This document shows, piece after piece, positions 29,489-38,579 of a stretch of 64,000 nt of DNA. Both the position numbers and the translations under genes were made by a program. Source of the DNA: Gammaproteobacteria bacterium (GTDB lineage: Bacteria > Pseudomonadota > Gammaproteobacteria > UBA4575); contig JAPOYL010000009.1 of assembly GCA_026706595.1 (NCBI GenBank), forward strand, positions 22,687-86,686, read 5' to 3'. Position 1 is the stretch's first letter. Every line of letters begins with the position of its first letter. Below the pieces are notes generated by a model. That model did no database searches. It had not been told where the DNA came from and saw only the letters and a list, made by a program, of their open reading frames with translations.

Positions 29489-30301
29489 TCAATGCTGGCA
29501 CTGGCTGCAATAAAAACTGCTGCGCTGGCCGAGTGTCCGGAGTCGGATGGTGTGGCCGCAGACCGGGCAGGGTTCCCCATCCCGGTTGTAGACATTGAGT
29601 TCTTGCGCGAAATAGCCGGGGCGGCCGTTTTCACGGGTGAAATCGCGCAAGGTGGTGCCCCCGGCATCGATGGCGGAACTAAGCACATGCTTGGTGTTCG
29701 CGACCAGTTTCTCATAGCGGGACAGCGAGATGCGGCCTGCGGCTCGCTGCGGGTGTATGCCGCTTAGAAAAAGCGCTTCACTGGCATAAATGTTGCCAAC
29801 ACCGGCGACTACGCTGCTGTTCATGATGAAATTCTTGACGCTGACCTTCCTGGAGGCAGCACGGCCGTGGAGGTAACGGCCGCTGAATGCATCGCTGAAC
29901 GGTTCCGGCCCGAGGTTTCGCAGCAGCTTGTGCTGCAGGGGGTCTTGGCGGGTCCAGTGTATGCTTCCGAAACGGCGTGGATCATGAAATCGCAAGATCT
30001 TGTTGCCGAACACGAAATCCACCTGGTCATGCTTTTGTGCCGGCACACCGTTTGCGACGATGCGCAAACTGCCGGACATTCCGAGATGCACAATGAGGCA
30101 GCCGTTGCCGGTTTCAAGCAGCAGGTACTTGGCGCGTCGACCGACTGATTCCACCTTCTGGTTCTTCAACAATTTCTTCAACTGGTTCGGCACTGGCCAG
30201 CGAAGCTGCCGCTGATGCACGAGGAGGTCAGTGATTCTTCTGCCGGCAACGTGCGGACGGATGCCGCGACACGTCGTTTCCACTTCCGGGAGTTCAGGCA
30301 T
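29489..30301 (-). CDS. mutM: Formamidopyrimidine-DNA glycosylase
   Basis: 'MPELPEVETTCRGI' and a C-terminal zinc finger 'CPVCGHTIRL...CSQCQ'. Confidence 0.93.
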   Translation of the reverse strand: MPELPEVETTCRGIRPHVAGRRITDLLVHQRQLRWPVPNQLKKLLKNQKVESVGRRAKYLLLETGNGCLIVHLGMSGSLRIVANGVPAQKHDQVDFVFGNKILRFHDPRRFGSIHWTRQDPLQHKLLRNLGPEPFSDAFSGRYLHGRAASRKVSVKNFIMNSSVVAGVGNIYASEALFLSGIHPQRAAGRISLSRYEKLVANTKHVLSSAIDAGGTTLRDFTRENGRPGYFAQELNVYNRDGEPCPVCGHTIRLRTLGQRSSFYCSQCQH

Positions 30302-30313
30302 TCTGGTCGTGGT

Positions 30314-31330
30314 TCAGGATTGGTAGAGTGCCTCGATCTCCACCAGCAGGTCGGTCCGGCACATGTCTCCCAGCAGCAAAATCCGTGGCGTCGTGCTGGA
30401 CAAGCGTGCAGCCAGCACTCTTTGGATGTGGGGCACGTCGCGGCGATGGCGCACGTACACTTTCATGCACAGCAGATCGTCCTGTGCGTTCAGTTGCGTT
30501 CCATGCCTGTGATTGGCGTGCACGACCAGGGTTTCTACGTTGTTCAGGGATTCGTTGAGTTGCGCGCCAACGTCATCCACGTGCCGGGTCTCATGCCCGA
30601 CGATACTGGCTGTGCCCGAGACATAAAAGTGAGTACAGTTGCTCCAGTGCTTGAGGACTCCCCGCGAAAACAGGGGCGGTGCCTGCACATTGGCAATCGG
30701 GTAGTCATAGGCGCTCGTCTGTCGCGGGTTCTCGACAGCAATCCCCGGAACATCACCCGCCAGAAAATAAATTTGCAGATAGGGGTTCTGGTTGCCGATC
30801 ACGGTGGCCGCAGGATAGATGCTGCTCTCGGCATCGCAGGCCTGCATGGCCTGCAGGCGGCCACTGCAAAACAGGTCGTAGCGGCTCGACTGGTCTCCAG
30901 CCGGATCGGTAATGCCGGGAAAGTAGTTCCAGGTACGCAACAGATGATTGCAGGCGGTGCTTTGCAGGCAGTCGTAGATTTCCTGGTAGGCCTGCATGGC
31001 CAGCGCCTGGAAATCGCCTGAATCTGGACAGGCCAGCTGGAGATGACCAAACAGTACCTGGGGGTGACACGCATATTGAATGTTTGCGTGCTTTCCTTGC
31101 GTGACCTGGCCACTCGTATACCAGTTCTGAAAATGGAAATCAGACCCCTGCAGAACCTCCAGGCGGCTGTTGACTGACCACCCCTTTGCAGGGCGTTGTC
31201 CGGGATTCCCGAAATGCACGTGTGTCAGCAGGGCGGAGTCATCCATGGACGGGTCCGCGCTTTCGTGGACTGCAACTTTCAGGCTGGGCACTGTACCGAA
31301 GTGGCCGGGTTTGGGATTACCTGCTGTCAT
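30314..31330 (-). CDS. XanB2/FkbO/Hyg5-family chorismatase-like protein (formerly annotated as 'pteridine-dependent deoxygenase')
   Basis: About 338 aa with a RidA/YjgF-like C-terminal half. The call is by recalled family similarity, not a strict motif. Confidence 0.4.
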   Translation of the reverse strand: MTAGNPKPGHFGTVPSLKVAVHESADPSMDDSALLTHVHFGNPGQRPAKGWSVNSRLEVLQGSDFHFQNWYTSGQVTQGKHANIQYACHPQVLFGHLQLACPDSGDFQALAMQAYQEIYDCLQSTACNHLLRTWNYFPGITDPAGDQSSRYDLFCSGRLQAMQACDAESSIYPAATVIGNQNPYLQIYFLAGDVPGIAVENPRQTSAYDYPIANVQAPPLFSRGVLKHWSNCTHFYVSGTASIVGHETRHVDDVGAQLNESLNNVETLVVHANHRHGTQLNAQDDLLCMKVYVRHRRDVPHIQRVLAARLSSTTPRILLLGDMCRTDLLVEIEALYQS

Positions 31331-31569
31331 GGGAACACTGTAACCTGCAAATGGCGGCCTTGTGAACCAAAGACACGAAGCGGACCCAGGGCAGCTTTAA
31401 ATTCCCGGTAATGATGTTTAAAGTGTTGTCCGACCGGTAGCGCTTGTACCGGGTAATACCACGGCATTACCACTACAGAATCCGAAACTGACATGCTATG
31501 GCCTCTTGCTGCACCCGGTTGCGTGTCCTTGTAAAGACATGGCCCGATTGACTGAACCGGAATGAATTC

Positions 31570-33528
31570 ATGCGCTTGCTAGGTGTCGATACGGGTGGAA
31601 CCTTTACGGACCTGGTCTATTTTAATGGACAATCCGTGCAGACACACAAGGAACTGTCCACGCCGCAGGCACCCGAGCGGGCCATCATGCAGGGTATTGC
31701 CTCGCTTGGGATTGATACCCGCGGGTTGCACATTGTGCATGGTACCACGGTGGCTACCAACGCACTGCTCGAGGGCAAGGGTGCACGAACGGTGTTTGTC
31801 ACCAACCATGGCTTCAAGGACTTGCTGTTGATTGGCCGCCAGACACGTGAGGAACTCTACAACCTCACACCCCGCGAAAAGCCCACATTGTTTGAATCCC
31901 GGTTGTGCCTGGAATCCGGCGGCCGCATAGACCCTCGGGGGGACACGGTCTCGCCGTTGCCCGCTGCAGAAATGGATGCACTTGCCGACTCCATCGATCG
32001 GCTTGATGTCGAGGCAGTCGCAGTTTGCCTGCTGTTTTCATTCGTCGACAACCGGTTTGAGAGAATGCTCAAGGCACGGCTGGGCGAGGGCTATTTCGTT
32101 TCGATTTCATCCGAGGTGCTTGCAGAGTACAGAGAATACGAGCGTGGTCTGGCTACCTGGATCAACAGCTACCTGGGTCCGGTCATGCAGGGTTACCTGT
32201 CTCGCCTTGGCGAGGCACTGCCGGATTCCCGGCTCGCCGTCATGCAAAGTGACGGCCTGACCCTGAGTACAGCGGCTGCAGAACGTAATGCCGTACGCTT
32301 GCTGTTGTCGGGTCCGGCGGGCGGGCTCTGGGGAAGCCTTCACACGGGGGCGAGTGTCGGGTGTACGCGGTTGCTGACCTTTGACATGGGGGGGACCTCT
32401 ACGGATGTTTCCATCATTGACGGGGACTTCGAGTTGACCCGTCGCGGCAACATCGCGGGACTTCCGGTGGCGGTGCCCATGCTTGACATTCACACTATCG
32501 GCGCCGGCGGCGGCTCGATTGCCTGGGTGGATGAAGGCGGGCTGCTGCAGGTGGGCCCGGATTCTGCAGGCGCCTCGCCCGGTCCGGCATGCTATGGACA
32601 GGGGGGAGGCCAGCCCACCGTGACCGATGCCCACGTAGTCCTGGGGCGCTTGCCCTCAAGCTGCAAGCTCGCCGGGAACCTGGACCTGGACCCTGCTGCC
32701 TCCCAAAGCGTCATCGCTCGCCTTGCCCAGCGTGTGGGTCTGGACCCCCAAACCTGTGCCCAGGGGATCGTGCGGATTGCCAACGAACAGATGACACAAG
32801 CCCTGCGTGTGATGTCAGTGTACCGGGGCCATGACCCGAAAGACTTTACACTGGTCAGTTTCGGGGGTGCGGGTGGCCTTCACGTGTGCGATCTCGCCGA
32901 GAGTTTGCGCATTCACCAGGCACTGGTTCCTGCCCATACCGGTGTGTTATCGGCGTTTGGCCTGTTGGCAGCACCTTCCGGCAAGGAGGTGTCTCAAAGC
33001 TGCATCCAGTTGCTGGATGAGTGCGATAGCGAGGAGTTGGAGGAGGTGTTTACCCAACTTGAGCACAGAATTGCCTCTGACTTGAAGATGGGGTCTGCCT
33101 CACCGTATGCGCTGAAACGGGAACTCGATCTGCGTTATCAGGGCCAGTCAGCCACGTTGAGGCTGCCCTGGCAGGATCCGTCATCGGTTGGACAGGCATT
33201 TCACGGGCGCCACCGCGAGCGTTATGGTTATGCACTGGATATGCCGGTCGAGTTGGTCAATCTGCGGCTTACTGCAGCCAATACGGATACGCCCGAGTTG
33301 CCCATGCCTCGCGTTGACCGCACCCACCCGGGCTCGGCGATCGGAAAGACCCGCCTCCATGAGTTCGCGAAGGAAGTCCCGGTATTCAGGCGCTCCGACA
33401 TTGCCCTGGGTCAAACGCTGAGCGGTCCAGTTGTCGTGATAGAGCCCCAAGCTACCCAGTACATTGCCCCAAGGTGGACCGCGCTACAGCAGGAATCGGG
33501 CAGTCTTTTGCTGGAATACACGGGATAG
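31570..33528 (+). CDS. Hydantoinase/oxoprolinase A-family protein (HyuA-like), with no HyuB partner
   Basis: N-terminal 'LGVDTGGTFTDLV' and a 652-aa length. Confidence 0.8.
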   Translation: MRLLGVDTGGTFTDLVYFNGQSVQTHKELSTPQAPERAIMQGIASLGIDTRGLHIVHGTTVATNALLEGKGARTVFVTNHGFKDLLLIGRQTREELYNLTPREKPTLFESRLCLESGGRIDPRGDTVSPLPAAEMDALADSIDRLDVEAVAVCLLFSFVDNRFERMLKARLGEGYFVSISSEVLAEYREYERGLATWINSYLGPVMQGYLSRLGEALPDSRLAVMQSDGLTLSTAAAERNAVRLLLSGPAGGLWGSLHTGASVGCTRLLTFDMGGTSTDVSIIDGDFELTRRGNIAGLPVAVPMLDIHTIGAGGGSIAWVDEGGLLQVGPDSAGASPGPACYGQGGGQPTVTDAHVVLGRLPSSCKLAGNLDLDPAASQSVIARLAQRVGLDPQTCAQGIVRIANEQMTQALRVMSVYRGHDPKDFTLVSFGGAGGLHVCDLAESLRIHQALVPAHTGVLSAFGLLAAPSGKEVSQSCIQLLDECDSEELEEVFTQLEHRIASDLKMGSASPYALKRELDLRYQGQSATLRLPWQDPSSVGQAFHGRHRERYGYALDMPVELVNLRLTAANTDTPELPMPRVDRTHPGSAIGKTRLHEFAKEVPVFRRSDIALGQTLSGPVVVIEPQATQYIAPRWTALQQESGSLLLEYTG

Positions 33529-33658
33529 CGTGAACCATGTGCTCAGCCGGCACGTTCCGTGCGAGCTTGTGCAGTTCCCTTGTCAACACGTATGATGCAC
33601 GGACCGAAAAGCGGGTTTCTTCAAGAAAAATAACAAATGCCCGTACTAGGATCCGCCT

Positions 33659-34843
33659 ATGCTTGATGGATTGATAGCTTTGCCCTGGTGGGGATATGTC
33701 GTCCTCACACTCGCTCTCACACATCTCACCATCGTGTCGGTCACCGTATATCTGCATCGGTGCCAGGCACACTGTGCCCTGGACCTGCATCCACTGTCGG
33801 CGCATCTGTTCCGTTTCTGGCTCTGGCTGACTACCGGTATGGTGACCAAGGAGTGGGTCGCAATTCACAGGAAGCACCATGCCAAGACCGAGACAGCGGA
33901 AGACCCGCACAGCCCGCACGTGGTGGGTATTGGCACGGTGTTCTGGCAGGGTTCGGAGCTGTACCGGGAAGAAGCTGGAAATGCGGACACCCTGGAGCAC
34001 TATGGTCACGGCACGCCCGATGACTGGATCGAGCGCAACCTGTACACGCGCCTTTCCTCCATGGGAGTGGTACTGATGCTGGCCTTGAACCTGCTGTTGT
34101 TTGGTCTTCTCGGGGTCGTGATCTGGGCGGTACAGATGATCTGGATACCAGTCACCGCGGCAGGCGTCGTCAATGGCTTTGGCCATTACTGGGGATACCG
34201 CAACTTCGAAACCCCCGACGGCTCGACCAATATCATGAATCTCGGCATCCTGATCGGCGGTGAGGAGTTGCACAACAACCATCATGCCTACCCGGGTTCG
34301 GCGAAGTTTTCCAGCAAGCGCTGGGAACTTGACACAGGCTGGCTATACATTCGGATGCTGTCCTTTCTGAACCTGGCCAAGGTTCGCAGACGTGCTCCGC
34401 AACCCGTGCGTGTAGCCATCAAGGAAAAAATTGACCTCGAAACGGCCAAGGCCATCATTTCCAGCAAGCTGCATGTCATGGCTGATTATGCTCAGCACGT
34501 GACGCTGCCGACATTTCGCAGTGAATTGTCCGGCAACAAAATGCATGGGAAAAAACTGATGCGCCAGATGCGAACCGCGGTGATCCGTGAAAAATCCCGG
34601 CTGAAACCGCTGCATCAAAAACACCTGCAGGTGCTTTTGCAAGACAGCGAAGCCTTGCATACGGTGTATGAGTTTCAGGGGCGTTTGCAGCAATTGTGGA
34701 ACGAGACCTATGCCAGTCACGAGCGCCTGATCCAGGCCATCACACAGTGGTGCAAGGAAGCGGAGGCGACCGGGATCCGTGTCCTGCAGACCTTTGCGCA
34801 AAGCCTGAGAGGCTATGCATTGCAGCCCACTCCCGTAGGCTAG
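33659..34843 (+). CDS. Membrane fatty-acid desaturase
   Basis: Histidine boxes 'HRCQAH', 'HRKHH' and 'HNNHH' with TM helices. Confidence 0.8.
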   Translation: MLDGLIALPWWGYVVLTLALTHLTIVSVTVYLHRCQAHCALDLHPLSAHLFRFWLWLTTGMVTKEWVAIHRKHHAKTETAEDPHSPHVVGIGTVFWQGSELYREEAGNADTLEHYGHGTPDDWIERNLYTRLSSMGVVLMLALNLLLFGLLGVVIWAVQMIWIPVTAAGVVNGFGHYWGYRNFETPDGSTNIMNLGILIGGEELHNNHHAYPGSAKFSSKRWELDTGWLYIRMLSFLNLAKVRRRAPQPVRVAIKEKIDLETAKAIISSKLHVMADYAQHVTLPTFRSELSGNKMHGKKLMRQMRTAVIREKSRLKPLHQKHLQVLLQDSEALHTVYEFQGRLQQLWNETYASHERLIQAITQWCKEAEATGIRVLQTFAQSLRGYALQPTPVG

Positions 34844-34897
34844 GCGAAACAGTCACTGGATGCATCTGGCCCAAGGGGAGTTGGGCAGGGTGCGGGG

Positions 34898-35065
34898 TTA
34901 CTTGATCTTGGCTTCCTTGTAAGGAACGTGCTTGCGAACGACCGGATCGTACTTCTTCAATTCCAGCTTTTCCGACATGGTGCGTTTATTCTTGCTGGTC
35001 GTGTAGTAGTGGCCCGTACCTGCACTGGAGACCAGCTTGATTTTTTCACGTACTGATTTTGCCAT
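34898..35065 (-). CDS. rpmG: 50S ribosomal protein L33
   Basis: Translates to [55 protein letters not shown]. It is not in the ORF track because it is under 60 aa. Confidence 0.92.
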   Translation of the reverse strand: MAKSVREKIKLVSSAGTGHYYTTSKNKRTMSEKLELKKYDPVVRKHVPYKEAKIK

Positions 35066-35092
35066 CCTGATTTCCGGGTCCGTCTTGCGAAG

Positions 35093-35329
35093 CTAGACCT
35101 TGACCCCCTGTTTTCGAATATCTGCAAGCACTGCCTCGATGCCTTTCTTGTCAATGATGCGCACGCCCTGCGAGGATACGCGCAGCTTGACCCAGCGGTT
35201 CTCGCTCTTCACCCAAAAGCGGTGAGTATGTATATTAGGCATGTAACGACGCCGTGTTTTATTATGTGCATGGGAGACGTGGTTACCGGACATCGGCCGT
35301 TTTCCCGTTACTTGGCATACGCGTGACAT
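35093..35329 (-). CDS. rpmB: 50S ribosomal protein L28
   Basis: '[28 protein letters not shown]...' at an internal Met of the ORF. Confidence 0.92.
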   Translation of the reverse strand: MSRVCQVTGKRPMSGNHVSHAHNKTRRRYMPNIHTHRFWVKSENRWVKLRVSSQGVRIIDKKGIEAVLADIRKQGVKV

Positions 35330-35454
35330 GGCTGTGGTTTCTGTACTGGATGCAGTCAATCTGTAGGGCGCGCAAGATACCAGAATCGTTATACGGGTAC
35401 AAGCTGAGAGGCTTTTGCCCGGGATGGACGATTCTCTCGATGACACAACTGAAC

Positions 35455-35820
35455 ATGGCGAAGGACACGATATTTTTGCGCGACCTGGAAATCGATGCGA
35501 CCATCGGCGTCTATGAGTGGGAGAAGCGGATCCGGCAGAAGGTATGCATCAACCTTGAAATGGCCGCAGACATCGCGCCGGCTGCCGCTTCACATTCCAT
35601 AGACGACACCCTGGACTACAAGGCCGTTGCCAAGCGCATCGTACAGTTCGTGGAAGCCAGCCACTACGAACTGATCGAGAGCCTGATCGAAAAAGTGGCT
35701 GCCATGCTGATCCAGGAGTTCAACATCCCTTGGCTGCGCATCACGATCAGCAAGCCACGGGCCGTGCGTGGGGCACGCGACGTCGGAATCACCATTGAGC
35801 GTGGCAAGCGCAACTCTTGA
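35455..35820 (+). CDS. folB: Dihydroneopterin aldolase
   Basis: '[19 protein letters not shown]', 121 aa. Confidence 0.85.
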   Translation: MAKDTIFLRDLEIDATIGVYEWEKRIRQKVCINLEMAADIAPAAASHSIDDTLDYKAVAKRIVQFVEASHYELIESLIEKVAAMLIQEFNIPWLRITISKPRAVRGARDVGITIERGKRNS

Positions 35821-36305
35821 TGGCACGCGTCTTCATCGGTATCGGTAGCAATATCGATAAGGAAAAAAACATTGTCTCCTCCGTGGCCACACTGCGCGCC
35901 CATTTCGGCCCCCTGGATATTTCCAATGTCTACGAGACCCCGGCCTTCGGTTTTGAAGGAGACGATTTTCATAATCTGGTCGTCGGATTCCACACCGACC
36001 AATCCCCCCAGGAAATCAGCCAGACACTGAAACGGATCGAGTCAGAACATCACCGTACTCACGGCAAGGAATCGTTCGTGTCCCGCACGCTGGACCTGGA
36101 CCAGTTGCTATACGATGACCTGGTCTTGCAGGTGGATGGCGTGAGCCTGCCGCATCCCGATGTGCTTCGCTACAACTTCATGCTGAGGCCATTGGCCGAG
36201 CTCGCGGGTGATGTGCAGCATCCGCAGGAAAAATGCACGATTGCAGAGCTGTGGGAGGCGCATCCCTCGGACCAGGAGATGAGAAAGGTTGAGTATGAAT
36301 TTTGA
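35817..36305 (+). CDS. folK: 6-hydroxymethyl-dihydropterin pyrophosphokinase
   Basis: 'RVFIGIGSNI...' with an HPPK fold. It overlaps the folB stop. Confidence 0.88.
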   Translation: MMARVFIGIGSNIDKEKNIVSSVATLRAHFGPLDISNVYETPAFGFEGDDFHNLVVGFHTDQSPQEISQTLKRIESEHHRTHGKESFVSRTLDLDQLLYDDLVLQVDGVSLPHPDVLRYNFMLRPLAELAGDVQHPQEKCTIAELWEAHPSDQEMRKVEYEF

Positions 36306-36371
36306 CCGCCTGACCCCAGGGTTCAGTGGGTTCTGATTCCCGGCACACCAAGGTGTGTGCCTTGGGCATAG

Positions 36372-36887
36372 CTATCTTTTCTTAGGGTAATCGAACTCGA
36401 CCAAGCGGCCTTTTTTGGGGAGAACGTCCTCCCAGCTGCGTGCATCGAATTCCATCCGGGCAACGCCGCAAGTGGGCAAACTGTCGATCCGGGAGTCGCC
36501 AAGAAAATTGCACAGTTGCGTGATCCCCGGATTATGCCCCACCAGCACGGCATGCCGGAAACGGCTGCTGATTTCCCTGACCACTTCCGTGAGTGCTCCC
36601 AGGCTGGCACCGTACACGAGCGGGTTTTGTACGATGTTGTCCGGATCGAAGCCGATTTCCGCCGCAATGCTTTCCGCGGTCATGATGGCGCGCCTCGCCG
36701 GGCTGGAAATGATGGTGTCTGCCCGGTAGCTCACGGCAGCCAGTCGCTGGCCCATCATTGGCGCATTCTGAAGTCCGCGTCGGTTCAGGGGGCGGTCAAA
36801 ATCCTGCAGCTCGGGATGGTCCCAGCTCGATTTCGCATGACGTATGAGAGTGAGGCTTCGTGATCGGTCCGAGCTCATTGCCGCCAC
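36372..36887 (-). CDS. sixA: Phosphohistidine phosphatase SixA-like (histidine phosphatase superfamily)
   Basis: 'LTLIRHAKSSW' RHG-type motif. Confidence 0.7.
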   Translation of the reverse strand: MAAMSSDRSRSLTLIRHAKSSWDHPELQDFDRPLNRRGLQNAPMMGQRLAAVSYRADTIISSPARRAIMTAESIAAEIGFDPDNIVQNPLVYGASLGALTEVVREISSRFRHAVLVGHNPGITQLCNFLGDSRIDSLPTCGVARMEFDARSWEDVLPKKGRLVEFDYPKKR

Positions 36888-36894
36888 CGGCCTG

Positions 36895-37485
36895 TCAGCC
36901 TGTGCGACGGGCTTTTTTCCCCAGATACCCGCCGTGGTGGCGCATCCCGTAGTCTTCGCGGGTAAAATCCTTCTGCTCCATCAGCAACAAGGCCAGGGCA
37001 TCACTGATGGCCAGCATGACCGCCATGCTGCAGGTCGGGGTCAGGTCGAGTCGGCACGCCTCCCGGATCGTGCCCATGTCCAGGATGACATCGCTCAGAT
37101 CGCGCAACTTCGAGTCCGGGTGTGAAGTGATTCCAATAACCGTGTGCAGGCCCAGTTCGCGTCCTGCCACCAGCACTTCCAGGACCTCGCGCGTTTTGCC
37201 ACTGGTTGAGAAGGCGACCATGGCATCGTTTTCCTCGATCAGCCCCAGGTCGCCATGGGCGGCTTCGCCCGGATGCAGAAAAGAGGCTGGCGTCCCGGTC
37301 GACGACAGGGTAGCTGAAAACTTGTTCGCGATGTGGCCCGCCTTGCCCATGCCGGTCGTCAGCACCTTGCCATGGCAGTCCCTGAGCAAAGACACCGCTT
37401 TTTCGAAGTTGTCCGTGACCGGAATGGAGGCGATGGCCCCGGCTTCCTGCTCAAAAATTTCCCGTACGCGCTTTTTGACATCCAT
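36895..37485 (-). CDS. Stand-alone SIS-domain protein (KdsD/KpsF-like sugar-phosphate isomerase domain without CBS domains)
   Basis: 'GKVLTTGMGKAGHIANKF...LHPGEAAHGDLG...FSTSGKTRE'. Confidence 0.65.
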   Translation of the reverse strand: MDVKKRVREIFEQEAGAIASIPVTDNFEKAVSLLRDCHGKVLTTGMGKAGHIANKFSATLSSTGTPASFLHPGEAAHGDLGLIEENDAMVAFSTSGKTREVLEVLVAGRELGLHTVIGITSHPDSKLRDLSDVILDMGTIREACRLDLTPTCSMAVMLAISDALALLLMEQKDFTREDYGMRHHGGYLGKKARRTG

Positions 37486-37585
37486 CTACCTATCTCCAGG
37501 GACTCAATGCGTGCTCACCGGTGGTGCAGTGATTTTATAAACATTTGGATACCGTGGGTTGGAGGCGCGAGTTCGCTCCAATGAT

Positions 37586-38476
37586 TCACGCTGCAGTGAC
37601 CGTATTGCGTATCGTGCCAATTGACTCGATCTCGCATTCTACTACATCCCCCGGAAACAGGTATTCGGGCGGATTGCGCACATAGCCGACTCCGCTCGGG
37701 GTGCCGGTTGCAATGATATCCCCGGGTTCAAGCGACATGCTCCGGGACAATGTTTCGATCACGGTTGCAATGTCAAAGATCTGGTACTTCGTGTTCGAGT
37801 CCTGCTTGACCACACCGTTAACGCGGCACGTCAGGTTCAGCGTCTGCGGGTCCGGGATATCGTCCGCGGTGACGATCCAGGGACCCATGGGACAGGCTCC
37901 TGTCAGACTCTTGCCAATGAAGAACTGCTTGTGGCGTTTTTGCAGGTCACGCGCAGAGACATCATTGATCACCGTGTACCCGAACACATGCTGCAGGGCC
38001 TGCTCACGGCGGATTCCGCGACCGCCTTTACCGATAATGACACCCAACTCCACTTCCCAGTCCATCTTGTCAGAAACTTCTGCATCCACCGGAATGTCAG
38101 AATAGGGACCGTTCATACTGGAGACTGACTTGGTGAAGACGATGGGGTATTTCGGCAATTTCGGCGCTTCGACAATTTTGCGCGTGGTTTCCTCCACATG
38201 GTCCATGTAGTTCCAGCCAAGGCACATCATGTTCTGACGCGGTCTGGGGATGGGCGACACCAGTTCGACCGGAGCCAGTGCCATCCACTGTTCTCGAGGG
38301 GCCTGTCGTACCAGTTCGCACAACTGCGGCAGCAGTAGGTCACTTTGATCGATGACCTGCAGCAGGCTGTCTATTTCCGGCGACCAGCCGGGACAGGTTG
38401 CCGGTAACAGGATAGAATCACCTTGCACCACGGCAAGATGCGCTTCACTGTCGTGGTTGCAGGTTGCAAGCTTCAT
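37586..38476 (-). CDS. Fumarylacetoacetate-hydrolase (FAH) family protein
   Basis: An FAH-fold signature through 'FTKSVSSMNGPYSDIPVD...ELGVIIGK...INDVSARDLQ'. Confidence 0.75.
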   Translation of the reverse strand: MKLATCNHDSEAHLAVVQGDSILLPATCPGWSPEIDSLLQVIDQSDLLLPQLCELVRQAPREQWMALAPVELVSPIPRPRQNMMCLGWNYMDHVEETTRKIVEAPKLPKYPIVFTKSVSSMNGPYSDIPVDAEVSDKMDWEVELGVIIGKGGRGIRREQALQHVFGYTVINDVSARDLQKRHKQFFIGKSLTGACPMGPWIVTADDIPDPQTLNLTCRVNGVVKQDSNTKYQIFDIATVIETLSRSMSLEPGDIIATGTPSGVGYVRNPPEYLFPGDVVECEIESIGTIRNTVTAA

Positions 38477-38579
38477 TACGGAGTGTCACGGGTTTTGTGG
38501 GATGGGTATTGTAATCCCAGCCGGATGCCCGAAGCCAGATTTTGCGCAGTGTGGCGCAAGGCACCATGGGGTAATTGCC

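Noticed and set aside
35395-35460. An apparent one-base discrepancy between my manual codon walk and the ORF-track frame near 35401 (upstream of folB).
   Set aside because: The ORF track shows a continuous 188-aa frame, and the folB length to the stop fits a start at 35455. This is most likely my own counting slip, not a real frameshift. Small-feature coordinates elsewhere may be off by 1 nt for the same reason.
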